NCBI RefSeq assembly: GCF_037042905.1
Contig: NC_087248.1
Span: 21,886,001 to 21,950,000 of the forward strand
From: Lytechinus pictus
Taxonomy: Eukaryota
Reading direction: 5' to 3'
Length of the DNA stretch: 64,000 bases
Shown: positions 36,601 through 48,142 of the stretch, one piece after another
How the letters are laid out: every line of letters starts with the position of its first letter
Position numbering within the stretch: position 1 is the stretch's first letter
Made by a program: the position numbers and the translations under genes
Notes under the pieces: generated by a model
Seen by the model: only the letters and a program-made list of their open reading frames with translations
The model's database searches: none
What the model was told of the DNA's origin: nothing

Positions 36601-39600
36601 ATCACCCTATTTATTTCTCAGTGAGTTCAGAGGTCTGTAATGCACACAGTATTGCTTACCAATTTGGACAACCCACTATATGAAAATTTATAGATTGGTG
36701 TCAAATGTCAAATTCTATACTGTGCCAGTTCCTTTGTGCGAGCTGTATGTGCTTGCATTTGGCACACATAAATCCATATTACACTACTATTGCACTGGTA
36801 GTGTTGGTTTTAAGGGTTCAACTAGCTGGTGCTTGTAATCTTCCCTCCACCATATTTTCACAAAAGACAAAGTGAAATTGTAGGGGTACTGTACAGTGGC
36901 AAAAAAAATAGAGAGGAGAACAAGTTCATTCCAGTTGAAGTCTATTTTACTTATCAGATCTCTTTAAAAAGATTGATGTATCAGTGGTCTGTCAAATGTC
37001 AAAAATAAATCTTCATAAATGTCTTTTTCTGAAGCCTGGGCGAGCCACAAATCCGGAAACCAACTAGAAGGTGCACATCCTTACTGAACGAAAAACAAAA
37101 ATAATCTGACAAGGCTCTGTGAGGAGCACTCACTCGCCTTCAATACGCCTGTTTATTCTCACATAGCTACAAGTCCCTAAACACTTTCCAATCACAAAGG
37201 CCATTACAGCCATAACCAATTTAGTTGGTCCAATCCTAAGATTGCCTAACCTAAAATTACCAATCACATAGACAGTTACATTATAATCAATCTGAGAACA
37301 ACTCTACTAGTGTGCGTCCAATCAGAGCTCCTATTGTACAAAGCAAGAGGAGCTGCGCACTCTAGAAAAGACAACACCCCCTTTAAGCCTTAGCCAATGA
37401 GCGAAATTTAGATCCAAGGAAAAGAGGCGGAGATTAGGCCCTCAAAAGAATGTCGGAAGCCCCCGGGGATACTTAATTACAAATGCATACTTTTTTAACA
37501 TTCAGGTGTACATTTCCATAAGCACAAAAGGTGTTTACACATTCTCAACATTTTAGAGGAAACCCAGTAGCATATAACACTGGATTTGCTATCCAGCGAC
37601 AGCTATTCTATTGTTTTGTATACAAAGATTTAACATAAACTGGCATACATGTAGCACCCTCTTGAGATCAATTCGGCTCAGCGTGGCAAAATGCTTACCG
37701 CTACAGAATTCATATTTACCGGTAATTACTGCACTTCATTTTCTTCTACCAATAGATACACAAATTCATGAATGGTGATCATAATTGAATTAGTGTGAAA
37801 CTATGAATCATCATGCTCACAATTTGCTGTGAAAGGGCTATTGCATGATAGCATACATATGTACTCTACTATGTTAAGTATGTCGGGTAAACTAGCCAGT
37901 ATGTCAGTATGTCAGTATGGCATATCACATAAATTTGCTGATACTTATATGCAGGGGGTCCAGGATTTTCAAAAAGGGGGGGCACATTTTTCCGAGGAAA
38001 ATTTGACAAGCAAAAAAAAGTTCTTAACCAATGATATTTCGCCCTCGGAAAACAAAAAAGAATAAATAAATAAAGAGGCCCGTGCCCCCCCCCCCCCTTG
38101 ATCCGCCAGTGAAGAAGAACTATAATTTACATAAGAAATCCAATCCAGCATATGAAAAGCTCTGTGGCTTGGGTATTTCAAGTGGTCTCCTCTCAGTCGC
38201 TCAGCATCTTATATACCGGTAAATATCACATCAGATGCAAAGCCTTGACTAATGGCCTAGAGTCACATCTATTTTCAACTCTCATTGCAGTACATGTACA
38301 AATTGCCACCAAAATGATCAAAACCTTATCATTTGAGGTGACCACTTTCAGATTTGCCCCAAATCTACCACAAACATTTGACATTTTCTATTTCAATATT
38401 TCAGTGTCCCATGATTTAACACACCTAAAAAATTGTCAAAAATACTACAATTATCTGATCCCTTTGTTATTTACCTACTTGTTAAAATGGAAAGTAACCT
38501 CTTAATAAGTGATTAACTACACTAATGCCCAGTTGACACCTGCACGCATTGTGGTCCCCGCATTCCCGCGCATTGATGCATGCCACTGCACGACTGGCAT
38601 GACTTGGCTATATCAGTTCCCATTGTCCCAACACGTTCACAACATGTTTGCGCATAGTTTGTGCAGTGTTCACGCACTGTCCCGACGTGCTTTCAGCAAA
38701 TATTCTCGACACCCTATTCTTTGACGTATCCAGCGAAAATTTAAATATTCCAAAGTTCTGGTGTTGACACCCTCTACGTTCGTTGATTAGGACGACTTAC
38801 ACTGAACACGTGGTCTGCACTCACAATTTTGCGCATATTATTCGCAAACTATGCGTGAATTATGCTTAGCCTATGCGCAAAGTATGCGCAACCCTGTCGT
38901 GAACTGCGTGCCACTACCCCGGGGATGTGCCTACTATTTTTTGCGATTTCGATGCCACGCAGTGGTACGCAGTGGCACGACTAGGTTGCCCATAGTTCAC
39001 AAACTGTTCACGCCACGCACCTATCCGCAAGCTGGCACGCATAGTGTGCGCATTGGCCCGCATGAGTGTGTGCCCATGCGCAAAGTATGCGGACACCACA
39101 ATGTGTGCAAGTGTCCACCGAGCTTAATAGCTCCAAGCCAATGAGACGCATGTGGAAGGGATGGGCCTTTCCTTTGGTACAGTACATTGGTAAGAGGTGT
39201 GGCTGGATTTATCTTTTTAGGGGCGGGGCTTGTCTTTCATATCATCAAATTTCCTTAAATATGTGGTCAGTTGTATTTGAGAATCCAAATCTATGATGGA
39301 ATTTGTTATTAGTTTGACCTACCTGTAGTAATCACTTTTCCTGTTGGTCTGTTATAAAAATGTCAAATTTTTTGTTCAACTTGCTCTCATTTCTTTATTT
39401 TTGCATCAATTTTGATCACACTTCGTTCAAATGATCCTTGGGTAATAAGTGTTGTTGAGGATGATGGGGTCAAAAGGTCAACTGTTTGTTCAGCTTGCTC
39501 ACATTTTTGAAATTTATTTCTGCATCAATTGTATTTACACTTGGTAGAAATATTCCATGAGTAATACCACATGTGTTCACGAGGATGGTTAGGTCAAAGG

Positions 39601-42600
39601 TCATCTAGGGGTCAAAAGATCATAGTGCATATTTTATTGATCACGAAATCAGGCGAGACTTGTGGTTCGCGAATCACTTTGTTTTGTAATCATAATTTTT
39701 TTTTGCTCATTTGATTTCAGAAATATTGCACCTTATTCAAAGCACATCCCGCAAAAGTTTTACCTCATTACACCACTGAAATATTTTCAATTGAGATGTG
39801 AATGGTAGAAATAAATATTCCTGTACACTGTGAAAAAAATGGCTCTGTTTGTAATAGGATCTAGAAATATTAATATCATGTGAAGGCGTACACCTGTTCC
39901 AACTTTATTCATGGTTAACTAACCAAAGTTCATCTACATGATAAGGAATATATCCAGGCCCTAATATACAAAGCACATGATCAAACAAGGACCTTTTTTT
40001 GCAGGGAAACACATATATGCAGGTAGCACTCATCTGTCCAGTGAAAATATACATGTATATGGTACATTAAACAAATATTTAAAAAATATTCTTTTTTTTT
40101 TTTGCATTCTCAGTCAGAGGTTGGATTTCATATTGTAGAGTCGCTGTACTTTGACATAAACAAAGCCAAGGACACTATGGAGCTTGGTAGAAAAGTACTG
40201 CTCAAATTACAGCATTTTTTTTTAAAAGTGAATCGCAAATTACATATCGGTAGCTATGATATTGAAATAATGAATCATGTAAGGGAATATTTATTTATTT
40301 GAGACAGGAAGACTTATATGTACTTACTTCTTTATTATTCAGTAATGCCACTTTATACAACATGTAGAAAATGTTAATCATAGATTTATAATCTGCACAG
40401 CATTGATCTCTTTCAAGAATTAATCTTTTTTCTTGCATGATGCTGGTATAATGTATGAACTTCTTAATTCTTTTGAAATCTTGTAAGCAGATTGATTGAT
40501 AACTTTATTTATTGAGATGAGCAAAACTTAACAAGTTGAGTCCCACTTGTGAATCTGAATGATGAAGGAAAGTGTCTCAAAGTGATTGTGAAAGAGTGTT
40601 TATAAAGGCCACCGCCCACACCTTGCGACCCGACTGGTCTGCAACTGAGTGAGGGGAGATGAATTGCAAGGTAGTCATAAGCCTCGACACCGCACACCTC
40701 GCGATCCGACTGCCCTGCTGTCTGCGACTCACGCATGGCTCTTTGCTTTTTGCCATAGCAACTGAGAAAACGACGTGTATGGGCGTTGCGTATAATGTAT
40801 GCGTCGCAACTCTGCTGTCTGATTGGCTGGATGTTGGACTGAGCTTGCGATCCAGTTGTAAGGATTCAACATGTCTAATCCTTACGATTTTCCTTGCGAT
40901 TTGTCTCTGACCTGCCTGCAACTCTCAAGCTGACAAGAGCTGTGACGTCACATTATCCCTCATTCCGTCGCAGACCAGTTGGGTCGTAAGGTGTGCGGTG
41001 GCCTTTATGCATCTAAGAATTGGTGTTTGCTGTAAAGCAATTCAATCAGCAAGATGACAACAGGTTTACTCAATTCTTCTGAAGCTCACATGCATGCACA
41101 CAGATAAACATGTCTAGGACTATGACTGCCCAACAGTTTCAGACATTGTTTAAATTTTGAATGTGAGGGTAATGAATAGCAGTCTTTTGCAGGGGATTAT
41201 TTTTTCCATAACATTTGTCTGGGCAAATGATTTAATAGCTCACAATGATTAGTTTGATCTATCCTGCAACCTCCATTTATCTTTAGTAAAGGAAATCTGC
41301 CCTGGTAGAAAGGTAAATGGTGTAAAATTGAAAATGAGATAAAAGTTTTTGAAATAAACAACAAGCACAGCTTATAAGCAAATAAGTATTCATCGCTTGC
41401 TACTTGAGCAAGTGCTTGAGTTAATTCACTCATATTTTTGTGGGGGAGGGGAGGCGGCTAGGACTGTCATTTGTGACCAATTGAATAGGGGTAACATGGA
41501 ACAAGTGATATCAGTGAAAATGATTAAATGCAAACATGGAAAAATTCCCTTGTATACAGCCATTTCTCAAGGATTTCATAAATGTATTATATTTCAGGGC
41601 ACAAACAAGTCTACACAAACTAGCTCTCCATTGGGCAGTAGTCCAGTCGCTTATTTCTATTCCCCTTTACAATGTTGCTCACGGCCAAAGCTGAGCTAAA
41701 GGTGAATTAGCAAGCATGAATGTAAAGAATGATAAGGATGAGCAATTGAGCATACATGTAGGTGCTTTCAGGATGCAGATTGAAGAGAAGATTAACTTTT
41801 TAGTTACTTTGCTTTCATTCATGGTTTGTGCTATTTTTGAAGTATTGAATATACTTAGATGCCCTATTAATTGGCCGATTTGCCTTATATATGTTTGTGC
41901 TTTTAATTTTTTTTTCCTGTTTGTGCTGTATTACATAAACAGGCAATATAGAAAAGTTGTCTTGACTTAAAGATATTGAAATGTAAGGCCTGGAATATTA
42001 TTCTTCAAGAAACGGTACTGGGGAATTGTTCCCTTTTCAAGGCACACAGCACTTGGCAAAACAAAAAGAGCCCAATATATTTTTTTTAGGAGGAAAAATC
42101 ATTACTTTGAGGATAGGTTTGAATAGTATTATGTTAATAGCTTGTTATTTCAGAAGTTTGTCATTTTTAAGGTTTGAATATTCCAAAAGTTTGCGATCCA
42201 AATGTTCATTAGTCTCACTCTGAAAGTATGTTAATCTGAAAATTTTGTTACTCTGTATAATTAAATTGAAGTGATGTTCAGTATTCCAAAGGTTGGTTAA
42301 TCTGAAAATTCCAATCCATTCCAAAGGACATTTAATATAGCGCCTTTTCCTTTCGGTTACAAAGCACTGCGCACATACTACTCCATGTTTGGGCCACTTA
42401 AACAATACCGTAATTAAAAAGGTTGATGAAATGCTCCCTAAATTTGCAAACTTTCCTTGGTTATGAGTTTTCTTTTATTCTTCTCGGTCATCTTTTCTTC
42501 TTTATGAAGATAAGAGAGCAGTTTACCTATTACAAAAATTGTTGTTACGAAGGTTCAATAGTCCAAAAATGACGTAAGGTTAATAATGGTTCATTAGTCT

Positions 42601-45529
42601 TTTTTTCATATATTTTGTTTCTTTTTTATTGATTAACCCCTTAGGATTATTATTATTTTCTTTTTGGATTAATGAATTTTCAGAATAAGAAATATTCTGA
42701 ATAATGCCACAAATGTTCGGATTAATGAACACTTAATCATCTTGGTATTAAAATGCAATTTGTCTGTTTTGGAATAACCAACCTTTGGAATAACAAACAT
42801 TAGGTGGTTTCAAACCGCCTCGATCACAAGAATCCCCGTTAAATTACGAGAACATTTTTAGGCTAAAAAATACCCATTAATTATTCCTGCATTCAGACTG
42901 CCCCGAAACATACACTTCGGGATAAATTCCTGAAGTTAGGAGCATGCGCAGTATGGTCTAATAAGCAGGCAAGGCGCGAAATTCAAAACTACTAGCCCAG
43001 CAGCCACCCACGGCGCCGCACCCAACGACACGCTGGGCTAAAAGTTTCCGTAATTTGCTTTCACATCGGAAAAATCCCTGCGACCTTGGAAAAATCCCTG
43101 CGAAAGTTCTCGTAATTTCACCAAGTACCTACTATTTAGCGGGTATTTTCTTTCGGGGAAATTGCGCGTAGTTTGCTTTCACATTACCAAAATACCTGGT
43201 TAGTGGTATTTTCTGATCGGGGTAAATTTCCCGTTCAGAGAATACCTGGAACTGACGAACTTCGAGGCGGTCTGAAACCACCTATTGTCTGTATGTAGAG
43301 TGCATGGAATCAACCGTACTTGAAGAACTTGTCATGTTATGATTAATAAGTGGTGGAATAAGTGGAATCTTGAAATGCACTTGTCTTTTTGGCATGTTTC
43401 TCATGTTGCTCCAGTGAGACAAAAACCCCTCTTCTGAAAAGAAAAGAGGTAAACTGCTTTCTCATCTTCATCATCACGAAGAAGAGAAGAAGAAAAAGGG
43501 GAATGAAATCACAACCGAGGATCATCAATCAACATTTGTCGTTTGACAAGTTGTCGCATCCGACAAGTTTTGTTGATTTTGATTGGCTGAGAAGCATTGT
43601 TACTGTGGTAACTGTCGGATAACACAGATTTTGTTGGATAAAACGTCCTTCAAGTCCTTTCATGAAACTCTCCCCCGTTGACTTTTGACTTATTATTAAA
43701 TTATATTGGAGTTTCACCCCTCTCTTTCTCATTCTCTCTTTTTCTTTACCCCTCTCAGTACTCCACCATGCAGACACTTAATTCAATGTCTTAAACAGAA
43801 GCTTATCAAAAGCTTGTTTCAATTTCATTGAGTATTTGGACTCTGGCCAGTTTGGATGAAACAACAGGAAAACAATTTTATCTGGCGTTTCCTCTTCTGA
43901 AATGGGGAGAGTGGATCTACATGTAGTTTCCTTCAAAAGAATTCCATTTATCCATCAATACTTAGCTCTGAGATGTCCAGTGTTACAATACACAAACATA
44001 GTGCATGGAGAAATAGTTCCATGCTTTATACCACTAATATTAAATATATGTAGCAGCAAATCCTTATTATTTCCTTAATGCTTACAAAACTTGTGACCCC
44101 TAACTACTGTATAATAAGGCAGTAAACCCTCAAAACAAAACTCAAAATTAAAATGATTTATATTCACCACATTGGCTGAACCCATTTGGTCTTCTATCAA
44201 TTTAGGCTCATTGCTGTTTGATCTACACTACATGTACACTTGGTCTAATACTCATTTAGTCTAATGTCCAGTTGGTCTAATTTCACTTTGTCTACTTGTA
44301 ATTTTTTGTCCTGCAGTCACATTTCCCCTATGGCAGCTGTGCGGCGAGTTGAAAAAAGCTAATTTATTCAAACCACCTATATGTAGCTCATACAAAAAAC
44401 GTTAAAGCGACTATTTTCCAATTGCCGTACAGCTGCCGTACGGGAAATGTGACTGCGCCATTGCTTTGTCAAAATAAAAAGTTCATCTTACCATTATATA
44501 GACAAAGTGGTGTTTGACCAAGTAGATATGAGATGGAATGTGCATAGCCAAATTGGAAATTAGACAAAATGGTAAATTGGCTGCATGGCAATTAGACAAA
44601 ATGGATAGAGGAAGAACTGGATTTGATGAGGTACATGTATGATTACACCACGTGGGATGATGCCAAAAGAAAAGGGGACTGATTAGGAATTTAGTAACTT
44701 CTGAAGGTTTCCATGGTGAAGAAGAAAAAGTGTAGTAGGTTTCACGGTCGTGGTACACCATGTATCTTTCTTGGGCAAATGTTGGTTCTGAAAAGGACAA
44801 CCCAAACTCGACCTTTCGACAAGTGTGTTCTTGTCATCTTCAGGAGAATGAGCAAAGTTTGTAAAAGCAGGCTGTATGTACTCTGTCAAGGTGTCGTATT
44901 TACGGTACCTTGCAGGGTACATGTCTTTGATTGGCTGGATAAGTCACCTGACATCCACATGTGGACGTGAGTGACAGCATACAAAATTAGGAATTTACCC
45001 TGAAAACCTTTTTAAAGAATGGATTATAAGTGGATGGCTCTTAATTTGAACAATGCAATAAACCATCTCGAAGTGATAATGAAAGGCGTCCTGTTATCCA
45101 CCAGGAATTGGAGTTTGCTGATAACCATTGGAATCAGTAAAGTGATAAGAGATTTGATTCATTTTGTCAAAAGGTCACATGTGCTGCACACAGATAATAT
45201 GTTCATGTATGTGACTACACCAATATTGCCGTTTGAAGAGTTTCAGCCATCGTTTGACTGTGAGGACATTGGACTGCAATTTCGTTTTAAATTATGTTCT
45301 TCTTAAATATCATGAGAAGAATTTGATGGTTCACAGTGATTATTTCTATCCTTACCGTAACTTAAGTCTATAGATCTTTGAGAGTCCTTTTGTGATCTTT
45401 TATGACCTTTGAACTGTCTCCTTTTGTCTTCCGTCGCAGGATTATGAGGTCGTCGGGGAGGAGCAGAACGAGGAATGGGAGAGAGAGATCAATCAGATGC
45501 TGGAGGATGAAGTGGACAAACAATCGTAA
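24899..45529 (+). CDS. SYAP1: Synapse-associated protein 1 (BSD domain; Sap47 family), 418 aa, 9 exons
   Basis: Exons 24899-25286, 28011-28084, 28932-29072, 31364-31503, 32166-32257, 33428-33502, 33950-34144, 35497-35558, 45440-45529; GT-AG with consistent phases (1257 nt). Motifs [64 protein letters not shown] (BSD), [22 protein letters not shown]. Confidence 0.95.
25734..26550. mobile_element. Foldback element with ~385-bp arms, MULE-like (9-bp TSD)
   Basis: Near-perfect inverted arms centred about 26140, termini tacct...aggta, TSD atgcctgac / atgcatgac. Confidence 0.88.
26594..27132. mobile_element. MITE family A, copy 3
   Basis: Colinear with 7323-7912, with small internal deletions. 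TTAA on both sides. Confidence 0.88.
27270..27929 (+). mobile_element. Interspersed element with ~150-160-bp tandem units (Helentron-associated/HINE-like), 5' part missing
   Basis: Four units starting gtcacatgaccaaggtcaaaggtca (about 27288, 27450, 27613, 27760), ending caggcgagact...ccacatgtt. A similar end lies near 39650-39685. Confidence 0.6.
28578..28691. mobile_element. 114-bp miniature of the MULE-like foldback family
   Basis: tacctcaggtgatggttcgtgtaggctc...gagcctacacgaaccatcacctgaggta with perfect 9-bp TSD ACTGGAAAG. Confidence 0.9.
29181..29340. mobile_element. Short Harbinger-like MITE
   Basis: Imperfect TIRs ggggctttgtttcacaaaagttttt / aaaacttctgtgtaatggggccc. A relative lies near 20165-20326. 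Confidence 0.55.
29441..30018. mobile_element. Interspersed repeat with inverted ends; second partial copy at 32757-33265
   Basis: atataccaggctgtgag...ctcaaagcctggtatat. Long colinear similarity with 32757-33265 (for example gacgtcaatgatggaatagtgc). Confidence 0.7.
30273..30505 (-). mobile_element. Penelope-like pLTR fragment (family 1) inserted in a (TA)n tract
   Basis: Flanked on both sides by (TA)n. T-rich body, then hammerhead motif, then AATAAA on the minus strand. Confidence 0.75.
30323..30366 (-). ncRNA. Minimal type I hammerhead ribozyme motif (family 1)
   Basis: Minus strand: uuauagGC CUGAUGA a GGCC ccacu GGCC GAAA GCUC^ GCaauaa. Conserved core boxes, 4-bp stem II, palindromic AGCU in place of stem III. 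Confidence 0.78.
30606..31170. mobile_element. Tc1/mariner-like MITE
   Basis: Right end reads TA|cagttgaggctaaaagtttacatacacc on the minus strand (Tc1-type TIR). Left end ttgaggccaggaaattca abuts (TA)n. Another related end at 30228-30250. Confidence 0.65.
33634..33786 (-). mobile_element. Penelope-like pLTR fragment (family 2), truncated inside the hammerhead
   Basis: Colinear with 44683-44828. Retains cuuguc aAAACGUU gag (3' half of the ribozyme, GAAA mutated). Confidence 0.7.
34626..35019. mobile_element. Probable TTAA-target MITE, left end decayed
   Basis: Ends gcaactacgttcatttagct|TTAA, with an imperfect inverted match aaataaattccagttg at left. Confidence 0.4.
35028..35185. mobile_element. 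Penelope-like pLTR family 2, head-to-head inverted pair
   Basis: 35028-35134 matches the family on the minus strand. 35135-35185 is the same sequence on the plus strand. Junction at 35134/35135. Confidence 0.75.
35919..36014. mobile_element. Small CAG...CTG MITE with apparent 5-bp TSD
   Basis: caggcg...cgcctg flanked by GAAAC on both sides. Confidence 0.6.
37188..37432 (+). promoter_or_regulatory. Cluster of co-oriented CCAAT boxes plus GC box in SYAP1 intron 8
   Basis: CCAAT at 37188, 37216, 37230, 37260, 37318, 37394 (TCAAT at 37287) and gaggcggag at about 37424. Confidence 0.4.
38526..39124. mobile_element. Harbinger-like element with TAA TSD inserted in an older repeat
   Basis: Imperfect TIRs gcccagttgacacctgcacgcattgtgg / ccacaatgtgtgcaagtgtccaccgagc with TAA on both flanks. 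The uninterrupted host sequence cacTAAtagctccaagcc is at 31563-31580. Confidence 0.78.
40606..41004. mobile_element. MITE related to 404-818
   Basis: TIRs aggccaccgc..acaccttgcgacccgactggtctgc / gcagaccagttgggtcgtaaggtgtgcggtggcct. Confidence 0.78.
42802..43283. mobile_element. MITE with 3-bp TSD (Harbinger-like)
   Basis: TIR aggtggtttcaaaccgcctcga / tcgaggcggtctgaaaccacct with ATT on both flanks. Confidence 0.85.
44313..44456. mobile_element. Short MITE nested in a decayed palindromic repeat
   Basis: gcagtcacatttcccctatggcagctgtgcggc / gccgtacagctgccgtacgggaaatgtgactgc. Confidence 0.7.
44683..44985 (-). mobile_element. Penelope-like pLTR (family 2), longest copy; right boundary approximate
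   Basis: Shares aacttctgaaggtttccatgg...ctgaaaaggac with the 33634 and 35028 copies. Contains a complete hammerhead fold and an upstream CCAATCA on the minus strand. Confidence 0.7.
44807..44846 (-). ncRNA. Minimal type I hammerhead ribozyme motif (family 2), one substitution next to the core
   Basis: Minus strand: CUC CUGAAGA u GACAAG aacaca CUUGUC GAAA gGUC^ GAG. 6-bp stem II and 3-bp stem I. The sister copy has C at the substituted position (AAACGUU). Confidence 0.75.
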
Positions 45530-45538
45530 TAATGGCTG

Positions 45539-45611
45539 GACACGCCCATGGACCCGCCCATCGACACGCCCAGTGACACGCCAAGTGACACACCCAGGGA
45601 CACGCCAAGGA
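45539..45611 (+). repeat. 12-bp tandem repeat x6 just after the SYAP1 stop
   Basis: Units of the form gacacgcccagt, with variants. Confidence 0.9.
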
Positions 45612-45862
45612 GGACCAAATAGTGTCTTGACCGAACTCAAGAATCTCTTAAAACCCACAGGTTGTATTTATGGGCATTGTTGTACAAGTAGGAACTCTTA
45701 GGGAAGAAGAGAATCTAGTAGTCGGGGGATTAAAGACTAAATCGTCTACCAGTTCGATCCTCTATTCAGCATCTTGGTATCGGAGGATTCACTGTTCCAT
45801 GAGCTTTACTAGGTAAATCGGTGGTCAGCAGAAACCACCAGATATCCTGTTAACCAGTGGTT

Positions 45863-46057
45863 ATGGTCCTGATTTTGATGATCATGTTGATTGTCTTTAT
45901 GATGATGATGAGGAGGATTATGATTATTATGATGACATAGTGATGATGATGGTCCTGATTTTGATGATCATGTTGATTATCTTCATATATGATGATGATG
46001 AGGGTTATGATTATTATGATGACATAGTGATGATGATGGTGCTGATCTTGATGATGG

Positions 46058-46088
<31 letters not shown>

Positions 46089-46110
46089 GACAATGACGAT
46101 GATGATTGAT
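45863..46110. repeat. (GAT)n microsatellite with an ~87-bp higher-order duplication
   Basis: Degenerate GAT triplets. The block atggtcctgattttgatgatcatgttgatt...gacatagtgatgatg occurs twice. Confidence 0.9.
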
Positions 46111-46291
46111 TGTGATGAGATACGTGCAAAATGTCTCGGGTTTTACTTGGCCGTCTGCATCCTAGGCTCTTTCTCATCCCCTCAAAGATTCTTTCTCATT
46201 CCTCGATCAAACCCCATAAAACGCTGAGCCTGGTGACATACCAAGTCATGGTTTAATGTTTTCTCCTGCATTATTGATCTTGAACATTTAT

Positions 46292-46446
46292 NNNNNNNNN
46301 NNNNNNNNNNNNNNNNNNNNNNNNNNNNNNNNNNNNNNNNNNNNNNNNNNNNNNNNNNNNNNNNNNNNNNNNNNNNNNNNNNNNNNNNNNNNNNNNNNNN
46401 NNNNNNNNNNNNNNNNNNNNNNNNNNNNNNNNNNNNNNNNNNNNNN
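46292..46446. other. Assembly gap (others at 51178-51569, 51900-52635, 53421-53602)
   Basis: Runs of N. Confidence 1.
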
Positions 46447-47740
46447 TCTTGGTAGATATAATCTCCAATACTTTGACGATGATGATGTGCTATGTGCTCA
46501 TGCAACCACAGTGAAAAACATTGGGCAAGGATAACAGTACACTGGAATTGGAATCTTAACAAAATGTGTTTGCATGATCAAGTTGATGTTGTATCACAGA
46601 TTCGTGGACCAACTAGTACCATGTTTTATTTCATACCAACTACCCTGTTATATACCAAAATTATTACATAATATCGGATGGCCGTGAGTGGGATACGTAA
46701 TTTCAACGTAAATAATAGTGGCTACTTATTTAGTGCACAGGTCCACCTTTCGGTGCTCATGGCGCTTTAAGATATATATAAATGAACATGAAATGAAATA
46801 GAAAAAGAAAAAAAATTAAATTCTCCTGAAGACAACACTATTGAATTGTTAATGGGAAAGGAACAAATATGTGTCAGTTGGGAATTTCAGATCATGTAGA
46901 CATGATTTAAGATTATTGAAAAAAAAATTGAAACGAATATTCAATTGTATTTGCTAAGGAATGGCAAATCCGCTGCCCAAAATACTGCTAGACTATTAGA
47001 TCAATGATCCTACCATTCAGATGGGTTTTTCTACGGTATGTTATCCAACTAAAGCCAACTAGGCTACAATAAGGTACATTTATATAACAGAACATATATA
47101 TACAGAATTCTATCATTTGAGAGAGGTATGTGGGTGGTACTAAACCCAATGAAAGTAAAGGTAAAGCTGACATCCGTGATCACGTCCATGACATAACAAT
47201 TAAGATATCGTTGAACTTGTTTAGGGGGTCAATTCAGGGAATACTTGTTAAGGGTACCTTTTTATTTCCAATACTTGTTAAGGGTAGGGTTTCACACACC
47301 AATACTGTTAAGGGGTGCATTTTCAAAACATTGAAACCCCATGGTTACGTATGGTATCCACTCGTCAATGGAAATGCCCCTCCTCCCCCGGGATTTACGG
47401 CAGCGTCATGCAGGTATGTCAGGCAAACCAGCTTGCGGCTGGTGCCCTATTTTACACGAAAACCCAGTCATAACCCAGGCACAGATGTGCAAGTGTAGAT
47501 ACAAGAAGGTGAAGGTATTTAAATTAATCCCATTTTTATGTAACTTTCTCTTCTTTTCAGCTTACATGTATATTGTTCAGGGCCTACCGGGTATTATGTA
47601 TTTACATGTTCTCAAGAAAGTATTATATTTCATTATAATTTTTTGTATTATAGAACGTTTAGAAATCAATTTTGTATGAACCCAACAATGAAATGATGGT
47701 ACTTATTATTAGTCTCTCTGATCATGAAATAAGTTTATTT

Positions 47741-48142
47741 TCATTTGGTCCAATGCCAATTCATCCAATTGCCTACTCGTCTACTATCATTTGGTCTACC
47801 ATTAGTTTGTCCAATATCCACATGGTCTAATTGCCATTTCGTCCACTCACCATTTTGTCTAATAACCAGTTGGTCCAATAGCCATTTAGTCCATATACAA
47901 TTTAGTCTGATAAGACTATTGGGCTAAATGAATGAAAATAAAATGAATATTAGACCAACTGGTTATGAGACAAAATGGTCATAGACGAACTGGTGATTAG
48001 ACGATGTGATGATTGGACCAAATTGTTATTTGACCTAATGGTTGTTAGACGAAATGTTGATGGACGGAATGGCAATAGACTAAATGAAGGTAGACCATAT
48101 GGTGAGTGGACGAGTTGGCAGTGGACAAATTGGCAATTTACC
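47741..48142. mobile_element. Palindromic MITE built of ttggtcta/tagaccaa units
   Basis: Left and right halves are imperfect reverse complements. Relative at 13563-13888. Confidence 0.72.
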
